Assembly (NCBI GenBank): GCA_934426255.1 | Contig: CAKRYD010000004.1 | Coordinates: 28,320-92,319 of the forward strand | Length of the DNA: 64,000 nt | DNA from: an uncultured Bacteroidaceae bacterium | GTDB taxonomy: Bacteria > Bacteroidota > Bacteroidia > Bacteroidales > Bacteroidaceae | Reading direction: 5' to 3' | In this document: positions 1 through 8,344 of the stretch, one piece after another | How the letters are laid out: every line of letters begins with the position of its first letter | Numbering within the stretch: position 1 is the first letter of the stretch | Made by a program: the position numbers and the translations under genes | Notes under the pieces: generated by a model | The model's database searches: none | Told to the model about the DNA's origin: nothing | The model's input: only the letters and a program-made list of their open reading frames with translations

Positions 1-439
1 CCAGACCTTCGACTTCGGGCAACAGTCCTTTATGGCTTTGCTTCATGGCCGATACCATGATTTTTTCGATGCGCCCGATGTTGACGTTCCTACGTTCCGA
101 AAAGGCGCAATCGAGCAAGGTGAGACGGTCGAAACCTATTTCGGTGGCTTTTTCAGCCATCCATTCCGTGCGGTCGGCATTTTTGGTGGGAGCCATGGCC
201 AAATGCAGCGTTCCGTTCCAGGGCTTGTGCCATTTTTCCTCCCTCATGATTTCAAACTGACAGTCTTTCTTGCCTGTCTTTACGATGCGCGCATCATAAA
301 GAAAGCCTTTGCCGTCGCTTATCACGATGTAGTCGCCCTCGCTCAGGCGCAACACACGCAAGGCATGGCGCGCTTCCTCTTCGGGCAACTCCTGCACATG
401 GCGTGCTTCGGGAACATAGAAAAATCTCACCTCTTTCAT
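1..439 (-). CDS. rsmE: 16S rRNA (uracil1498-N3)-methyltransferase RsmE, N-terminal ~146 aa (3' end runs off the window)
   Basis: Own minus-strand translation from ATG at 439 gives MKEVRFFYVPEARHVQELPEEEARHALRVLRLSEGDYIVISDGKGFLYDARIV...AMKQSHKGLLPEVEGL, an RsmE-like pattern. It is absent from the ORF track because the window edge truncates it. ATGA overlap with the stop of the upstream gene (436-439). Confidence 0.75.
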   Translation of the reverse strand, partial: MKEVRFFYVPEARHVQELPEEEARHALRVLRLSEGDYIVISDGKGFLYDARIVKTGKKDCQFEIMREEKWHKPWNGTLHLAMAPTKNADRTEWMAEKATEIGFDRLTLLDCAFSERRNVNIGRIEKIMVSAMKQSHKGLLPEVEGL

Positions 440-993
440 CGCCGCCGTTTAATCTCGTCGCGGATATGCGAAGCCAGTTCATAGTTTTCGTCGCGTATGG
501 CATCGCGCAACACGTCCTCAAGCATTGGAAGTGTCAGGGTATTGATGGGAAGCGAAACGGCACCCTGCACATCGGAATGGTTGCACTGCTGTTCAAAAAG
601 CGCTTCTTCTATGAATATGGGGCATCTGAACGCCAAAGCCATTATAATGGACTGAATGGCATCCATTTCCATAGAAAAATTCACGCCGTTGTGCAGCAGC
701 TGCACCTGTGTCATATAGCGGTTGCCCCTGATTTCGGTCAATATCACCCCTTCGACTACAAAATCCAGCTCGGTGCCCAATGATTTCATGATTTGCGTCC
801 AGGGAGCATGGAACTTCTGTTCACGATTGGAAGCAAACAACAGGTCTTCGGCCTCTCGCTTGTCGAGAAGAATGGGCATAAGCATTTTTCCGTCAACCTC
901 CTTCAGTATCAACAGATATTGCGTGCCGTCGGCATGAATCTTTGAGATTTCATGCACTTTCAGACGGATTATTTTCGATGGGTTGCCTATCAT
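436..993 (-). CDS. bifunctional nuclease family protein (DUF151-like core plus C-terminal UVR motif)
   Basis: ORF 436..999 starts at TTG; the first ATG is at 993 (MIGNPSK...). The C-terminal YELASHIRDEIKRRR resembles the UvrB/C (UVR) motif. The size and the LMPILLDKREAE segment resemble DUF151 nucleases. Confidence 0.65.
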   Translation of the reverse strand: MIGNPSKIIRLKVHEISKIHADGTQYLLILKEVDGKMLMPILLDKREAEDLLFASNREQKFHAPWTQIMKSLGTELDFVVEGVILTEIRGNRYMTQVQLLHNGVNFSMEMDAIQSIIMALAFRCPIFIEEALFEQQCNHSDVQGAVSLPINTLTLPMLEDVLRDAIRDENYELASHIRDEIKRRR

Positions 994-1010
994 ATCCAAT
1001 ATGCTTTATG

Positions 1011-1018
1011 CAAAAGTA
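1011..1018 (-). promoter_or_regulatory. Bacteroides-type -7 box (TACTTTTG on minus strand) upstream of the nuclease/rsmE pair
   Basis: Plus strand reads caaaagta, which matches TAnnTTTG on the minus strand, 18 nt upstream of the ATG at 993. Confidence 0.45.
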
Positions 1019-1133
1019 CTCAAATATTCCGAGCCGCTGATTAGTTTAGCGGTAAATGTGCGATGTGGCAGACTATTTTTTCTATTTCAACAAGATTGAA
1101 CATGCAGCATGCTGCCTTTTAGTCGCTTTTTGC

Positions 1134-1141
1134 TAATTTTG
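1134..1141 (+). promoter_or_regulatory. Bacteroides-type -7 box TAATTTTG
   Basis: Exact TAnnTTTG match 20 nt upstream of the ATG at 1161. Confidence 0.5.
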
Positions 1142-1160
1142 CCGCACAAATATATCTGTT

Positions 1161-1910
1161 ATGAGAGCAATGGTATTCGCTGCCGGCATGGGCACACGCC
1201 TCAAGAGTCTCACGGCCAACCGTCCAAAAGCCATGGTCGAGGTGGAGGGCAAACCGCTGTTGGAGCATGTTTTAAACAAATTGCATCGTGAATCCGTAGG
1301 CAGCGTGGTGGTCAACGTCCATCATTTTCCCGACCAAATCATTGATTTTATCAGCCGTTATCCGTATAAAGATGAAATGCACATACAGGTGAGCGACGAA
1401 CGCACGCTGCTGCTCGATACCGGCGGCGGACTGCGCAAGGCTTTTCCCCTGTTTCTCAAGTCAGACGCGGCTTCACCCATACTTATCCACAATGTCGACA
1501 TCCTGAGCAACGTATGTCTGCACAATTTGTACAATGCCTGCAGCGGCCACGATGCCGTGTTGCTGGTTAGCCGGCGCACCACATCGCGCTACCTGCTCTT
1601 TGACGACGAAATGAAAATGGTGGGGTGGACAAATGTCCAGACAGGCGAAGTGAAGTCGCCCTACCAAAATCTGGATCCCTCACGTTGCCACAGATTGGCC
1701 TTTGCCGGCATTCATGTGGTTGCGCCGTCGATGGGAAAAGTCCTGGAAAAATGGCCCGAAGTGTTCGGCATCACCGATTTTTACATCCGCGAATGCTCGC
1801 ATCTCGACATTAGGGGATATATACAGCCCGATTTGCAATTGCTCGATGTGGGCAAGCCCGACACCTTAGAGCGCGCAGCCTCTTTCATACACGACAATGG
1901 GTTGGAATAG
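1161..1910 (+). CDS. sugar-phosphate nucleotidyltransferase family protein (MurU/GlmU-N-like)
   Basis: N-terminal AAGMGTRLKSLTANRPKAMVEV matches the GxGTRL...K signature of NTP-sugar nucleotidyltransferases. 249 aa. Confidence 0.8.
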   Translation: MRAMVFAAGMGTRLKSLTANRPKAMVEVEGKPLLEHVLNKLHRESVGSVVVNVHHFPDQIIDFISRYPYKDEMHIQVSDERTLLLDTGGGLRKAFPLFLKSDAASPILIHNVDILSNVCLHNLYNACSGHDAVLLVSRRTTSRYLLFDDEMKMVGWTNVQTGEVKSPYQNLDPSRCHRLAFAGIHVVAPSMGKVLEKWPEVFGITDFYIRECSHLDIRGYIQPDLQLLDVGKPDTLERAASFIHDNGLE

Positions 1911-2013
1911 GCCGCTTCCGGTCTGTAAACGCTCCCTTCCTTTTCTGATTGGCAGCACTCCGCTGCAAAAAGGCTCCCTATCTTTTTCAACAACTGCACA
2001 GGCAAAAAACAAA

Positions 2014-2047
2014 CGGTGCGGAAATGATGGTCAACATCTCCGCACCG
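2014..2047 (-). terminator. Rho-independent terminator candidate for the zinc-ribbon gene
   Basis: 9-bp perfect stem cggtgcgga / tccgcaccg with a 16-nt loop. On the minus strand it is followed by tttgtttttt. It lies 26 nt past the stop at 2073. Confidence 0.55.
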
Positions 2048-2072
2048 CCTTTACAGACCGACGCTACTGGTT

Positions 2073-3164
2073 TTATTCTTCTGCCGGTTTCATCCGCGCA
2101 CTGATGATGCGCTTGTCGGGCGATACCACATAAATGGCATTGTAGAGCGTATTGACTGTCTCGCCCGACTTTGAAACCAATGAACGCTCCACTGCGCATT
2201 TGGCGATATACACAAACTCTGTGTTGGGGTTGGGAGCCTTGGACACCTGCACGGGAGTGACGGCAGCGAACGACACACGGACATTTTCGCCGTGCAGCTT
2301 GGCCATGAAGCCTACGCTTTCGTCATACAACCGTCCGGCAGCAGCGGCCGAAAGAGCCTCAGTGTCGTTGGCGGTGAGCGCCGACAGATAGGACGCCACC
2401 AAGGAACGCACGGCATATTTGTCGGGATAGGAAACGGTCATGCGGTCGATATTTTCTTTGGCGGCTTTTGCCTCGGCGATATAGCGGCCGGAAGAATGCT
2501 CGTCAATGTATTTCTGGTAAGACAAGGCCGTGTTTTCGGTGGTGGCATCGACCCAATCGAACGAATCTATTTTGGATTTGCAGGCTTCGTCGAACGCGCT
2601 ATGAGGATAGTCGGCCAAAAACCGCACAAAATCGTCCTTGGACGGCGACATGGCTATTTCGCCCCATTTGGAACGGATGTTCTTCAGCATCTCAAGACGG
2701 CTTTTCACTTCGTTATTGTAAGGCGAATCGGGATAGTCGGCCAAAAACTGCTCATATTCGGCAGTGTCGAAACTGGTCTGTAGTGCGTTATAGGCCTGAG
2801 CCACTTTTTCTTCATGCACTTTATTCATGTAAAAATATAGACCGCCTCCTGCAACAGCTGCCACGAGGACAATGGCCACGATAACTTTCCAGGCCGAAGA
2901 TCGTCCCTTGCGCGGCTTGGCAGGCGGGGCAGGTTCTTCGCTTTGGCCGTATTGATAAGCAGAAACTACCTTGCGGGGAGCCGGTGCCTCAGACGCATCC
3001 AGCACGCAACCGCAGTTGGGGCAGGTTTTTTCCTTTTTGAGCAAAATTTTTCCGCAATCGGGACAAATCACAATGTTGCCGGCAATCGCCACACCGCAGG
3101 AAGGACAATGTGGAGCAAGGTCGGAAACTTCATGACCGCATTCGGGACATTTTATAAGAGCCAT
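2073..3164 (-). CDS. zinc-ribbon domain-containing membrane-anchored protein
   Basis: The N-terminus has two CxxC...CxxC ribbons (CPECGHEVSDLAPHCPSCG; CPDCGKILLKKEKTCPNCG). A hydrophobic helix follows (WKVIVAIVLVAAVAGGGLYFY), then a ~230-aa helical domain. Confidence 0.6.
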   Translation of the reverse strand: MALIKCPECGHEVSDLAPHCPSCGVAIAGNIVICPDCGKILLKKEKTCPNCGCVLDASEAPAPRKVVSAYQYGQSEEPAPPAKPRKGRSSAWKVIVAIVLVAAVAGGGLYFYMNKVHEEKVAQAYNALQTSFDTAEYEQFLADYPDSPYNNEVKSRLEMLKNIRSKWGEIAMSPSKDDFVRFLADYPHSAFDEACKSKIDSFDWVDATTENTALSYQKYIDEHSSGRYIAEAKAAKENIDRMTVSYPDKYAVRSLVASYLSALTANDTEALSAAAAGRLYDESVGFMAKLHGENVRVSFAAVTPVQVSKAPNPNTEFVYIAKCAVERSLVSKSGETVNTLYNAIYVVSPDKRIISARMKPAEE

Positions 3165-3184
3165 GTTTTTAACTATTTGGATTG

Positions 3185-3192
3185 CAAAAATA
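3185..3192 (-). promoter_or_regulatory. -7 box (TATTTTTG on minus strand)
   Basis: Plus strand reads caaaaata, 21 nt upstream of the ATG at 3164. Confidence 0.45.
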
Positions 3193-3247
3193 CATCTTTG
3201 ACATCAGAACAAGAAAAAGTAGGGTGCTTTTTTTATGCCGAAGCCTG

Positions 3248-3736
3248 TCATTTGCCCTTTTCAAGCACCGATTGGACAGCGGCATAGGCCTTTACCCAAT
3301 CGGTATCGAGCGAAAAAGGCGTAAGCTGACCCTCGGTCGTAACATAAGCGTCGGCCACCTCACGGTCGGGGTCATTAAAAAGACGGTTAGACCCCGAAGC
3401 GTCGATAAAAAGCAAGATGCGCTTCTTTTTGTCGGACTTGCTCAAACTCGTATTGACCAAAGCGTCACGGATAAAGCTGCTCACAAACTGGTTCATGTAG
3501 TAAGCCTGGTCGTCAAGGAACTTGACCGTGACTTCCTTGTCGCTTTTGAAAGCCTTCTCCTTGATATACTCGAGTCCTACGCGCTTGAACTGCGCTATCT
3601 TGCGGGAAACGGCATTGCTCTTGGGGTTTTCGGCCGCTTTCTTCGCGTCATTGAGCAAAGCGTTGTAGATATCCTGCGCATAAACAGGAAACGACAAAAA
3701 GGAAAAAAAGAAAAGTGTGACGATGAACTTTATCAT
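3248..3736 (-). CDS. hypothetical secreted protein
   Basis: The ORF 3248..3844 is trimmed to the internal ATG at 3736, which gives a signal peptide MIKFIVTLFFFSFLSFPVYAQD. No recognisable motif. Confidence 0.5.
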   Translation of the reverse strand: MIKFIVTLFFFSFLSFPVYAQDIYNALLNDAKKAAENPKSNAVSRKIAQFKRVGLEYIKEKAFKSDKEVTVKFLDDQAYYMNQFVSSFIRDALVNTSLSKSDKKKRILLFIDASGSNRLFNDPDREVADAYVTTEGQLTPFSLDTDWVKAYAAVQSVLEKGK

Positions 3737-3744
3737 AAAATAGA

Positions 3745-5220
3745 TTATTTGTTTTTCTTCAGGCAAAGACGGTGAGTGATGCACGAGGGGAAATCCTCCT
3801 TGTAATGCGAAACCATCACCATCGTTTTGTGAGGCCTCGAACAAAAAGCCTCAATGATCCACATGGCACGGCGACGATTGCGCGCATCAAGGCCATGGAA
3901 AGGCTCGTCAAGAATAAGCAGGTCGGGGTCTTTTACAAAAGCCCTGGCCAAAAGCACAAGCCGCTGCTCGCCGCCCGAAAGCTGCGTGTAATCGCGCTTG
4001 CGCAGACTTTCAATGCCAAACAGGCACAACCAGAAATCTATCCTGGCAAAATCCTCGGACGTAAACTTCCGGAACAGACCGACAGAGTCGTAAAGACCGC
4101 TCGCAACAATGTTTTCGACGGGGACAGGCCTGCGATAGGAACGATACATCTCGGGACTTACGTATCCAATGTGCTTCTTAATGTCCCAAATGCTTTCGCC
4201 CGAACCGCGGCGGTGGCCAAACAGCGTTATGTCGCAGGCATAACTTTGCGGATTGTCGGCACACACAAGACTCAGCAAGGTAGATTTGCCTGCACCGTTC
4301 TCTCCTTCAAGAATCCACTTGTCGCCATAGTCGACACGCCAGTCAAGATTTTTCAGAATGGTACGCTCTCCGTAACGTATCGTGATGTCGTGAAACGAAA
4401 GCACTTCGGAAGTTTCGGCCGCAGTAAGCGTCGTGTGGTTGGGGAGCTGCATTACTTCACGGAAAATGTTTTCTTTTTCTTCGGGCGGCAGCGCAGCCTT
4501 CTCGTAAAGGCTGCTGTCGAAATCGCTGACAGGCATTTTCCGGATGCTGCCGCTGTCTACAACCACAACATGGGTGAAAGCCGAAACATCTGCGGCCATT
4601 CTGGAAACGACAAGGATGAGCTGAAGCGGCAAAAGCCTGACAATAGAATTGAGAAACGCAGCCACTTGCTTCCTGTTGGCTTCGTCGAGGCCTATATAGG
4701 GATTGTCGATGATCAGGAGGCGCGGACAATGCGAAACGGTAAAGGCTATCTGGAAACGGCGGTACTCACCGCTCGAAAGCATAACGGGCTTTTTCGCACG
4801 CAAGTCGTCAAGATGGAGCGCGGCAAGCAGGCTTTTGCTTTCGGGACGTTCGCCAAACTCACGGTCAAGCAGCTCGCCGACGGTCGGGGCATCATCGTCG
4901 AGCAGGCCTTGGTTCCAGCGCAGCTGGTAACAGGTGGAATCGGCATTGCTGCCATACTGATCGTGGAAGGTGACATACCTGATGTTGTCGGAAACGCGGC
5001 GCGACGCGGCGGGGGCGAAGTCATAGTCGATTTGTCCGCGGCGCAGACGGTAGGCTTCCCTGATAATATCGACCAATGTGGATTTTCCGGCTCCGTTGAA
5101 GCCGTAAATGATCCATTGTTCGTTCTTTCCCATGGCCAAATCAATCGGATTTTTGAACTGGAAGCTGCTGTATGCAACTACATCCGACAGTTTGAATATG
5201 GTAGAGTTGTCAGTTGTCAT
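3745..5220 (-). CDS. ABC-type ATPase with two fused ATP-binding cassettes (ModF-like, no membrane domain)
   Basis: Two Walker A motifs (GFNGAGKST, GENGAGKST) and two ABC signatures (LSSGEYRR, LSGGEQRL). Start trimmed to MTTDNSTIFK at 5220. The longer ORF would overlap ruvC by 190 nt. Confidence 0.8.
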   Translation of the reverse strand: MTTDNSTIFKLSDVVAYSSFQFKNPIDLAMGKNEQWIIYGFNGAGKSTLVDIIREAYRLRRGQIDYDFAPAASRRVSDNIRYVTFHDQYGSNADSTCYQLRWNQGLLDDDAPTVGELLDREFGERPESKSLLAALHLDDLRAKKPVMLSSGEYRRFQIAFTVSHCPRLLIIDNPYIGLDEANRKQVAAFLNSIVRLLPLQLILVVSRMAADVSAFTHVVVVDSGSIRKMPVSDFDSSLYEKAALPPEEKENIFREVMQLPNHTTLTAAETSEVLSFHDITIRYGERTILKNLDWRVDYGDKWILEGENGAGKSTLLSLVCADNPQSYACDITLFGHRRGSGESIWDIKKHIGYVSPEMYRSYRRPVPVENIVASGLYDSVGLFRKFTSEDFARIDFWLCLFGIESLRKRDYTQLSGGEQRLVLLARAFVKDPDLLILDEPFHGLDARNRRRAMWIIEAFCSRPHKTMVMVSHYKEDFPSCITHRLCLKKNK

Positions 5221-5809
5221 TCGTGGGTAGTATTTGTTTTGTATCACGGGCAGAATGGATGCGGCCGGCGTTCTTTTCCAAAAAATCGTGCCAGCCGGAA
5301 TAAGGCCTGGCATGCCTTGCCTGACTGCCCTGCAGATAATGGCAATAGGCGGCGGCCAAAGCGTCTGTGGCATCCATGTAAGGAACGAGCGATGCGGCAT
5401 CGAGATGGAAAATGTGGCGCAACATTTCGGACACTTGCTCTTTTGATGCCGCGCCGTTGCCTGTAAGTGCCATCTTAATCTTTGTCGGTGCGTATTCGAA
5501 GACTTCGATTCCGCTGGTAACCGCAGCCGCTATGGCCACGCCCTGTGCGCGTCCGAGTTTTAGCATGCTCTGTACGTTTTTTCCGTAGAAAGGTGCTTCG
5601 ATAGCCATTGCAGTTGGCGCGAAGGAGCTTATAAGTCCGCTGACGCGCTCATAGATGCGTCCGAGCTTGGCGTGAACGTCTGTACACTTCCTGAGGTCTA
5701 TGACGCCCATGGCTTTGAGTTGGGGTTGGCGACCTTGCATCTTTATCAGGCCATAGCCTAAAATGTTTGTGCCGGGGTCTATTCCCAAATATGTAGCTTC
5801 TTCTGCCAT
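5210..5809 (-). CDS. ruvC: crossover junction endodeoxyribonuclease RuvC
   Basis: YLGIDPGTNILGYGLI is the RuvC N-terminal catalytic Asp motif. The size and the C-terminal DATDALAAAYCH fit RuvC. Confidence 0.9.
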   Translation of the reverse strand: MAEEATYLGIDPGTNILGYGLIKMQGRQPQLKAMGVIDLRKCTDVHAKLGRIYERVSGLISSFAPTAMAIEAPFYGKNVQSMLKLGRAQGVAIAAAVTSGIEVFEYAPTKIKMALTGNGAASKEQVSEMLRHIFHLDAASLVPYMDATDALAAAYCHYLQGSQARHARPYSGWHDFLEKNAGRIHSARDTKQILPTNDN

Positions 5810-5831
5810 TCTGCTCCGTTGTAAACTATGG

Positions 5832-5839
5832 CAAAAATA
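5832..5839 (-). promoter_or_regulatory. -7 box (TATTTTTG on minus strand) upstream of ruvC
   Basis: Plus strand reads caaaaata, 23 nt upstream of the ATG at 5809. Confidence 0.45.
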
Positions 5840-5903
5840 CGAATATATATCGACAAAAGCCCTTTTTGGGCTGTTTATTTGAGACGATGTGGGATTTATT
5901 ACT

Positions 5904-5911
5904 TACCTTTG
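5904..5911 (+). promoter_or_regulatory. -7 box TACCTTTG
   Basis: Exact TAnnTTTG match 17 nt upstream of the ATG at 5928. Confidence 0.5.
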
Positions 5912-5927
5912 CAAACTCAACTTATAA

Positions 5928-6341
5928 ATGAGTTCAATGATGAAGCGTTTAGTTTGTACCGTTGCGCTGCTGATTGGCTGGCTTTGCCTTTTTGCCGCCG
6001 AGCCGCAGGCTGAAATCAAGTTTGACAAGGCTTCCCATAATTTCGGAAGCTTTTCAGAAAGCAATCCGATTGTTTCGTGTATTTTCAAGTTCAAGAATAC
6101 GGGTAAGGCTCCGCTTGTGATTAATCAGGCCGTTGCTTCGTGTGGATGCACGGTACCGACGTTTACCGAGAAACCCATTGCCCCCGGAGATTCGGGGGTG
6201 GTAAAGGTGACGTATAATGGTCAGGGCCGCTATCCGGGGCGTTTCAAAAAAGTGGTAACGGTGATGTCTAACGCCAAGTCGCGTCTCGTGAGGCTCTATA
6301 TCGAGGGCAATATGATCGAGAACGTCAAGAAAAAGGATTGA
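5928..6341 (+). CDS. DUF1573 domain-containing protein
   Basis: Signal peptide, then FKFKNTGKAPLVINQAVASCGCTVP, which is the characteristic DUF1573 SCGCT motif. 137 aa. Confidence 0.75.
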   Translation: MSSMMKRLVCTVALLIGWLCLFAAEPQAEIKFDKASHNFGSFSESNPIVSCIFKFKNTGKAPLVINQAVASCGCTVPTFTEKPIAPGDSGVVKVTYNGQGRYPGRFKKVVTVMSNAKSRLVRLYIEGNMIENVKKKD

Positions 6342-6405
6342 ACGGCTTGCAGGCATCATTTTCTTTTTTTCAGCAGTAACAAGTAACGATTATCTTTTTT
6401 ATTAG

Positions 6406-7458
6406 ATGGATAACATTTATGTCGTAATTATGGCCGGCGGCATAGGCAGCCGCTTTTGGCCGATGAGCAGTGAGGAAATGCCCAAACAGTTCCTCGACAT
6501 CCTTGGCTGTGGCCGCACTCTTTTGCAAATGACGGCAGACCGATTTGCTCCCGTGTGCTCTGCCGACCATATTTGGGTGGTGACTTCAAAAAAATATGCG
6601 CCCATCGTCAGGCAGCAACTGCCGGAAATTCCGGAACAGAACATCTTGAAGGAGCCTTGCAGGCGCAACACGGCGCCTTGCATCGCTTATGTCAGCTGGG
6701 CCATCAAGGCGAAAGACAATAATGCCAATATCGTTATTACGCCAAGCGACCACTTTGTGGCCAATCCCGAAGAGTTTCAAAAAAGCATCAAGTCGTGCTT
6801 GAAGTTCTCTTGCGAGACCGACTCGATTGTTACCATCGGCATCAAGCCCAATCACCCCGAAACGGGATACGGATACATAGAGGCCGACCTTAGTTATTCA
6901 TCGCCCACCAACAGCAACATATACCGCGTGGATTCGTTCAAGGAAAAACCCGATCTGGAGCTTGCCAAGCAGTATATCCGCGAGAGCAATTATTTTTGGA
7001 ACGCCGGCATCTTTATCTGGAACGTCAATACCATTGTCAACGCCTTCCGGGTTTACCAGCCCACGCTCTCGCACATGTTCGAAAACATACGCGACAGCTA
7101 TGGCACCGACAAGGAGCAAGAACTGATCGATGAAATTTATCCCAAGTGCGAAAACATTTCGGTTGACTACGCCATTATGGAAAAAGCCGACGAGATATAT
7201 GTCTATCCGGCCGATTTCGGATGGAGCGACCTGGGCACATGGAGCTCATTGAAAGAGCACGTGAAAAATGATATACACGGAAATGCCAGAATAGGCAGCG
7301 ACATCAATCTTTTTGAAACCAACGACTGCATCGTTCACACCACACAGGAAAAGAAAGTCGTTGTGCAAGGGCTCAACGGGTATATCGTAGCCGAAAAAGA
7401 CGGCATTCTGCTCATTTGCAAGCTGTCGGAAGAACAGCGCATCAAGCTCTTCCACTAA
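6406..7458 (+). CDS. mannose-1-phosphate guanylyltransferase
   Basis: VIMAGGIGSRFWPMS matches the GGxGxRxWPxS signature. 350 aa, with no C-terminal isomerase domain. Confidence 0.85.
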   Translation: MDNIYVVIMAGGIGSRFWPMSSEEMPKQFLDILGCGRTLLQMTADRFAPVCSADHIWVVTSKKYAPIVRQQLPEIPEQNILKEPCRRNTAPCIAYVSWAIKAKDNNANIVITPSDHFVANPEEFQKSIKSCLKFSCETDSIVTIGIKPNHPETGYGYIEADLSYSSPTNSNIYRVDSFKEKPDLELAKQYIRESNYFWNAGIFIWNVNTIVNAFRVYQPTLSHMFENIRDSYGTDKEQELIDEIYPKCENISVDYAIMEKADEIYVYPADFGWSDLGTWSSLKEHVKNDIHGNARIGSDINLFETNDCIVHTTQEKKVVVQGLNGYIVAEKDGILLICKLSEEQRIKLFH

Positions 7459-7563
7459 ACCGGAATGCATTTTCCATAAAGCGCGCAAGGCAGCGCGCGA
7501 CACATTCACCTGGGCATCTTTTCAACAAGGTGCCCCTTATTTTATTCTCATAACTTCAAACGA

Positions 7564-7596
7564 AATTCGCTCCCTCTACGTTTCAATTCGCTCCCT
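7564..7596. repeat. 12-bp perfect direct repeat aattcgctccct x2, spaced 21 bp start to start
   Basis: Copies at 7564-7575 and 7585-7596, in the 300-bp intergenic region upstream of the XRE-cupin gene. Confidence 0.7.
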
Positions 7597-7751
7597 ACGA
7601 CACAAAAAAGACAGCACACCGCGTGCATGAAACGCATAAAATAGTTGCAATCGTTTGCACATTCGTTCGTTTCGTGTGCCATTTTTGTTTCTTTAATTCT
7701 CTTTGAATCATAAAATTGCCCATTGACAATATTCTTTCATTGAAATCTTTC

Positions 7752-7759
7752 TAAATTTG
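7752..7759 (+). promoter_or_regulatory. -7 box TAAATTTG, the only recognisable promoter for the 7787-15066 gene string
   Basis: Exact TAnnTTTG match 28 nt upstream of the ATG at 7787. Confidence 0.5.
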
Positions 7760-7786
7760 CAACAGACAAAACAAAAAGTCTGCACC

Positions 7787-8335
7787 ATGGACAACCAAAT
7801 AAAAGAAATTGCAGAACGACTGAGCGGCTTGCGCGATGTGATGCAATTGAGCGTTGAAGAATTCGCACAGACTTGCGGGATAGACAAAACCGAATATGAA
7901 CAGGCCGAAAGCGGCACAGGTGACATCTCGCTGTCAATGCTACAAAAAATAGCACGCAAAAACAACATATCGCTTGACGAACTGATGTTCGGGCTCGAAC
8001 CGCGCATGACCAAGTTCTTCCTGACACGAAACGGTGCCGGAGTTTCAATAGAGCGTACCGAAGCCTACAAATACCAGTCGCTGGCATCCGGATTCAAAGG
8101 GCGGTTGATGGATCCCTTTCTGGTCACCGTAGCGCCCAACGACCGCCCCATTACGCTCAACAGCCATTCGGGACAAGAATTCGACATAGTGGCCAAAGGA
8201 ACACTCCTTATCAATATAGACGGCAAGGAACACATCCTCAAGCCGGGCGACACCATCTATTTCAACGCCCAATATCCACACGGAATGAAGGCTCTCGGTG
8301 GTGAGCAGGCACAATTTATAGCGATTATAATCTAA
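7787..8335 (+). CDS. XRE-family HTH transcriptional regulator with C-terminal cupin domain
   Basis: The N-terminal HTH is LRDVMQLSVEEFAQTCGIDKTEYEQAESG. The C-terminal cupin motifs are GQEFDIV...G and GDTIYFNAQYPHGM. The TTG start in the ORF track (7757) lies inside the promoter box, so ATG 7787 is preferred. Confidence 0.8.
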   Translation: MDNQIKEIAERLSGLRDVMQLSVEEFAQTCGIDKTEYEQAESGTGDISLSMLQKIARKNNISLDELMFGLEPRMTKFFLTRNGAGVSIERTEAYKYQSLASGFKGRLMDPFLVTVAPNDRPITLNSHSGQEFDIVAKGTLLINIDGKEHILKPGDTIYFNAQYPHGMKALGGEQAQFIAIII

Positions 8336-8344
8336 GGAAAAAAC

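Noticed and set aside
3772-5466. 564-aa ORF on the plus strand
   Set aside because: It lies antisense to the ABC ATPase and ruvC genes, which carry unmistakable Walker/ABC and RuvC motifs. Its composition is Arg/Gly/Ala-rich and low in complexity, typical of a shadow ORF in GC-rich coding DNA, and it has no promoter box.
7614-7679. Imperfect long hairpin (gcacac..gaaacg / cgtttc gtgtgc) in the manC to XRE intergenic region, considered as a riboswitch or sRNA
   Set aside because: There are only two 6-bp helices with a 9-nt asymmetric bulge and a 33-nt loop. It does not resemble any riboswitch class I know, and the evidence is too weak to call.
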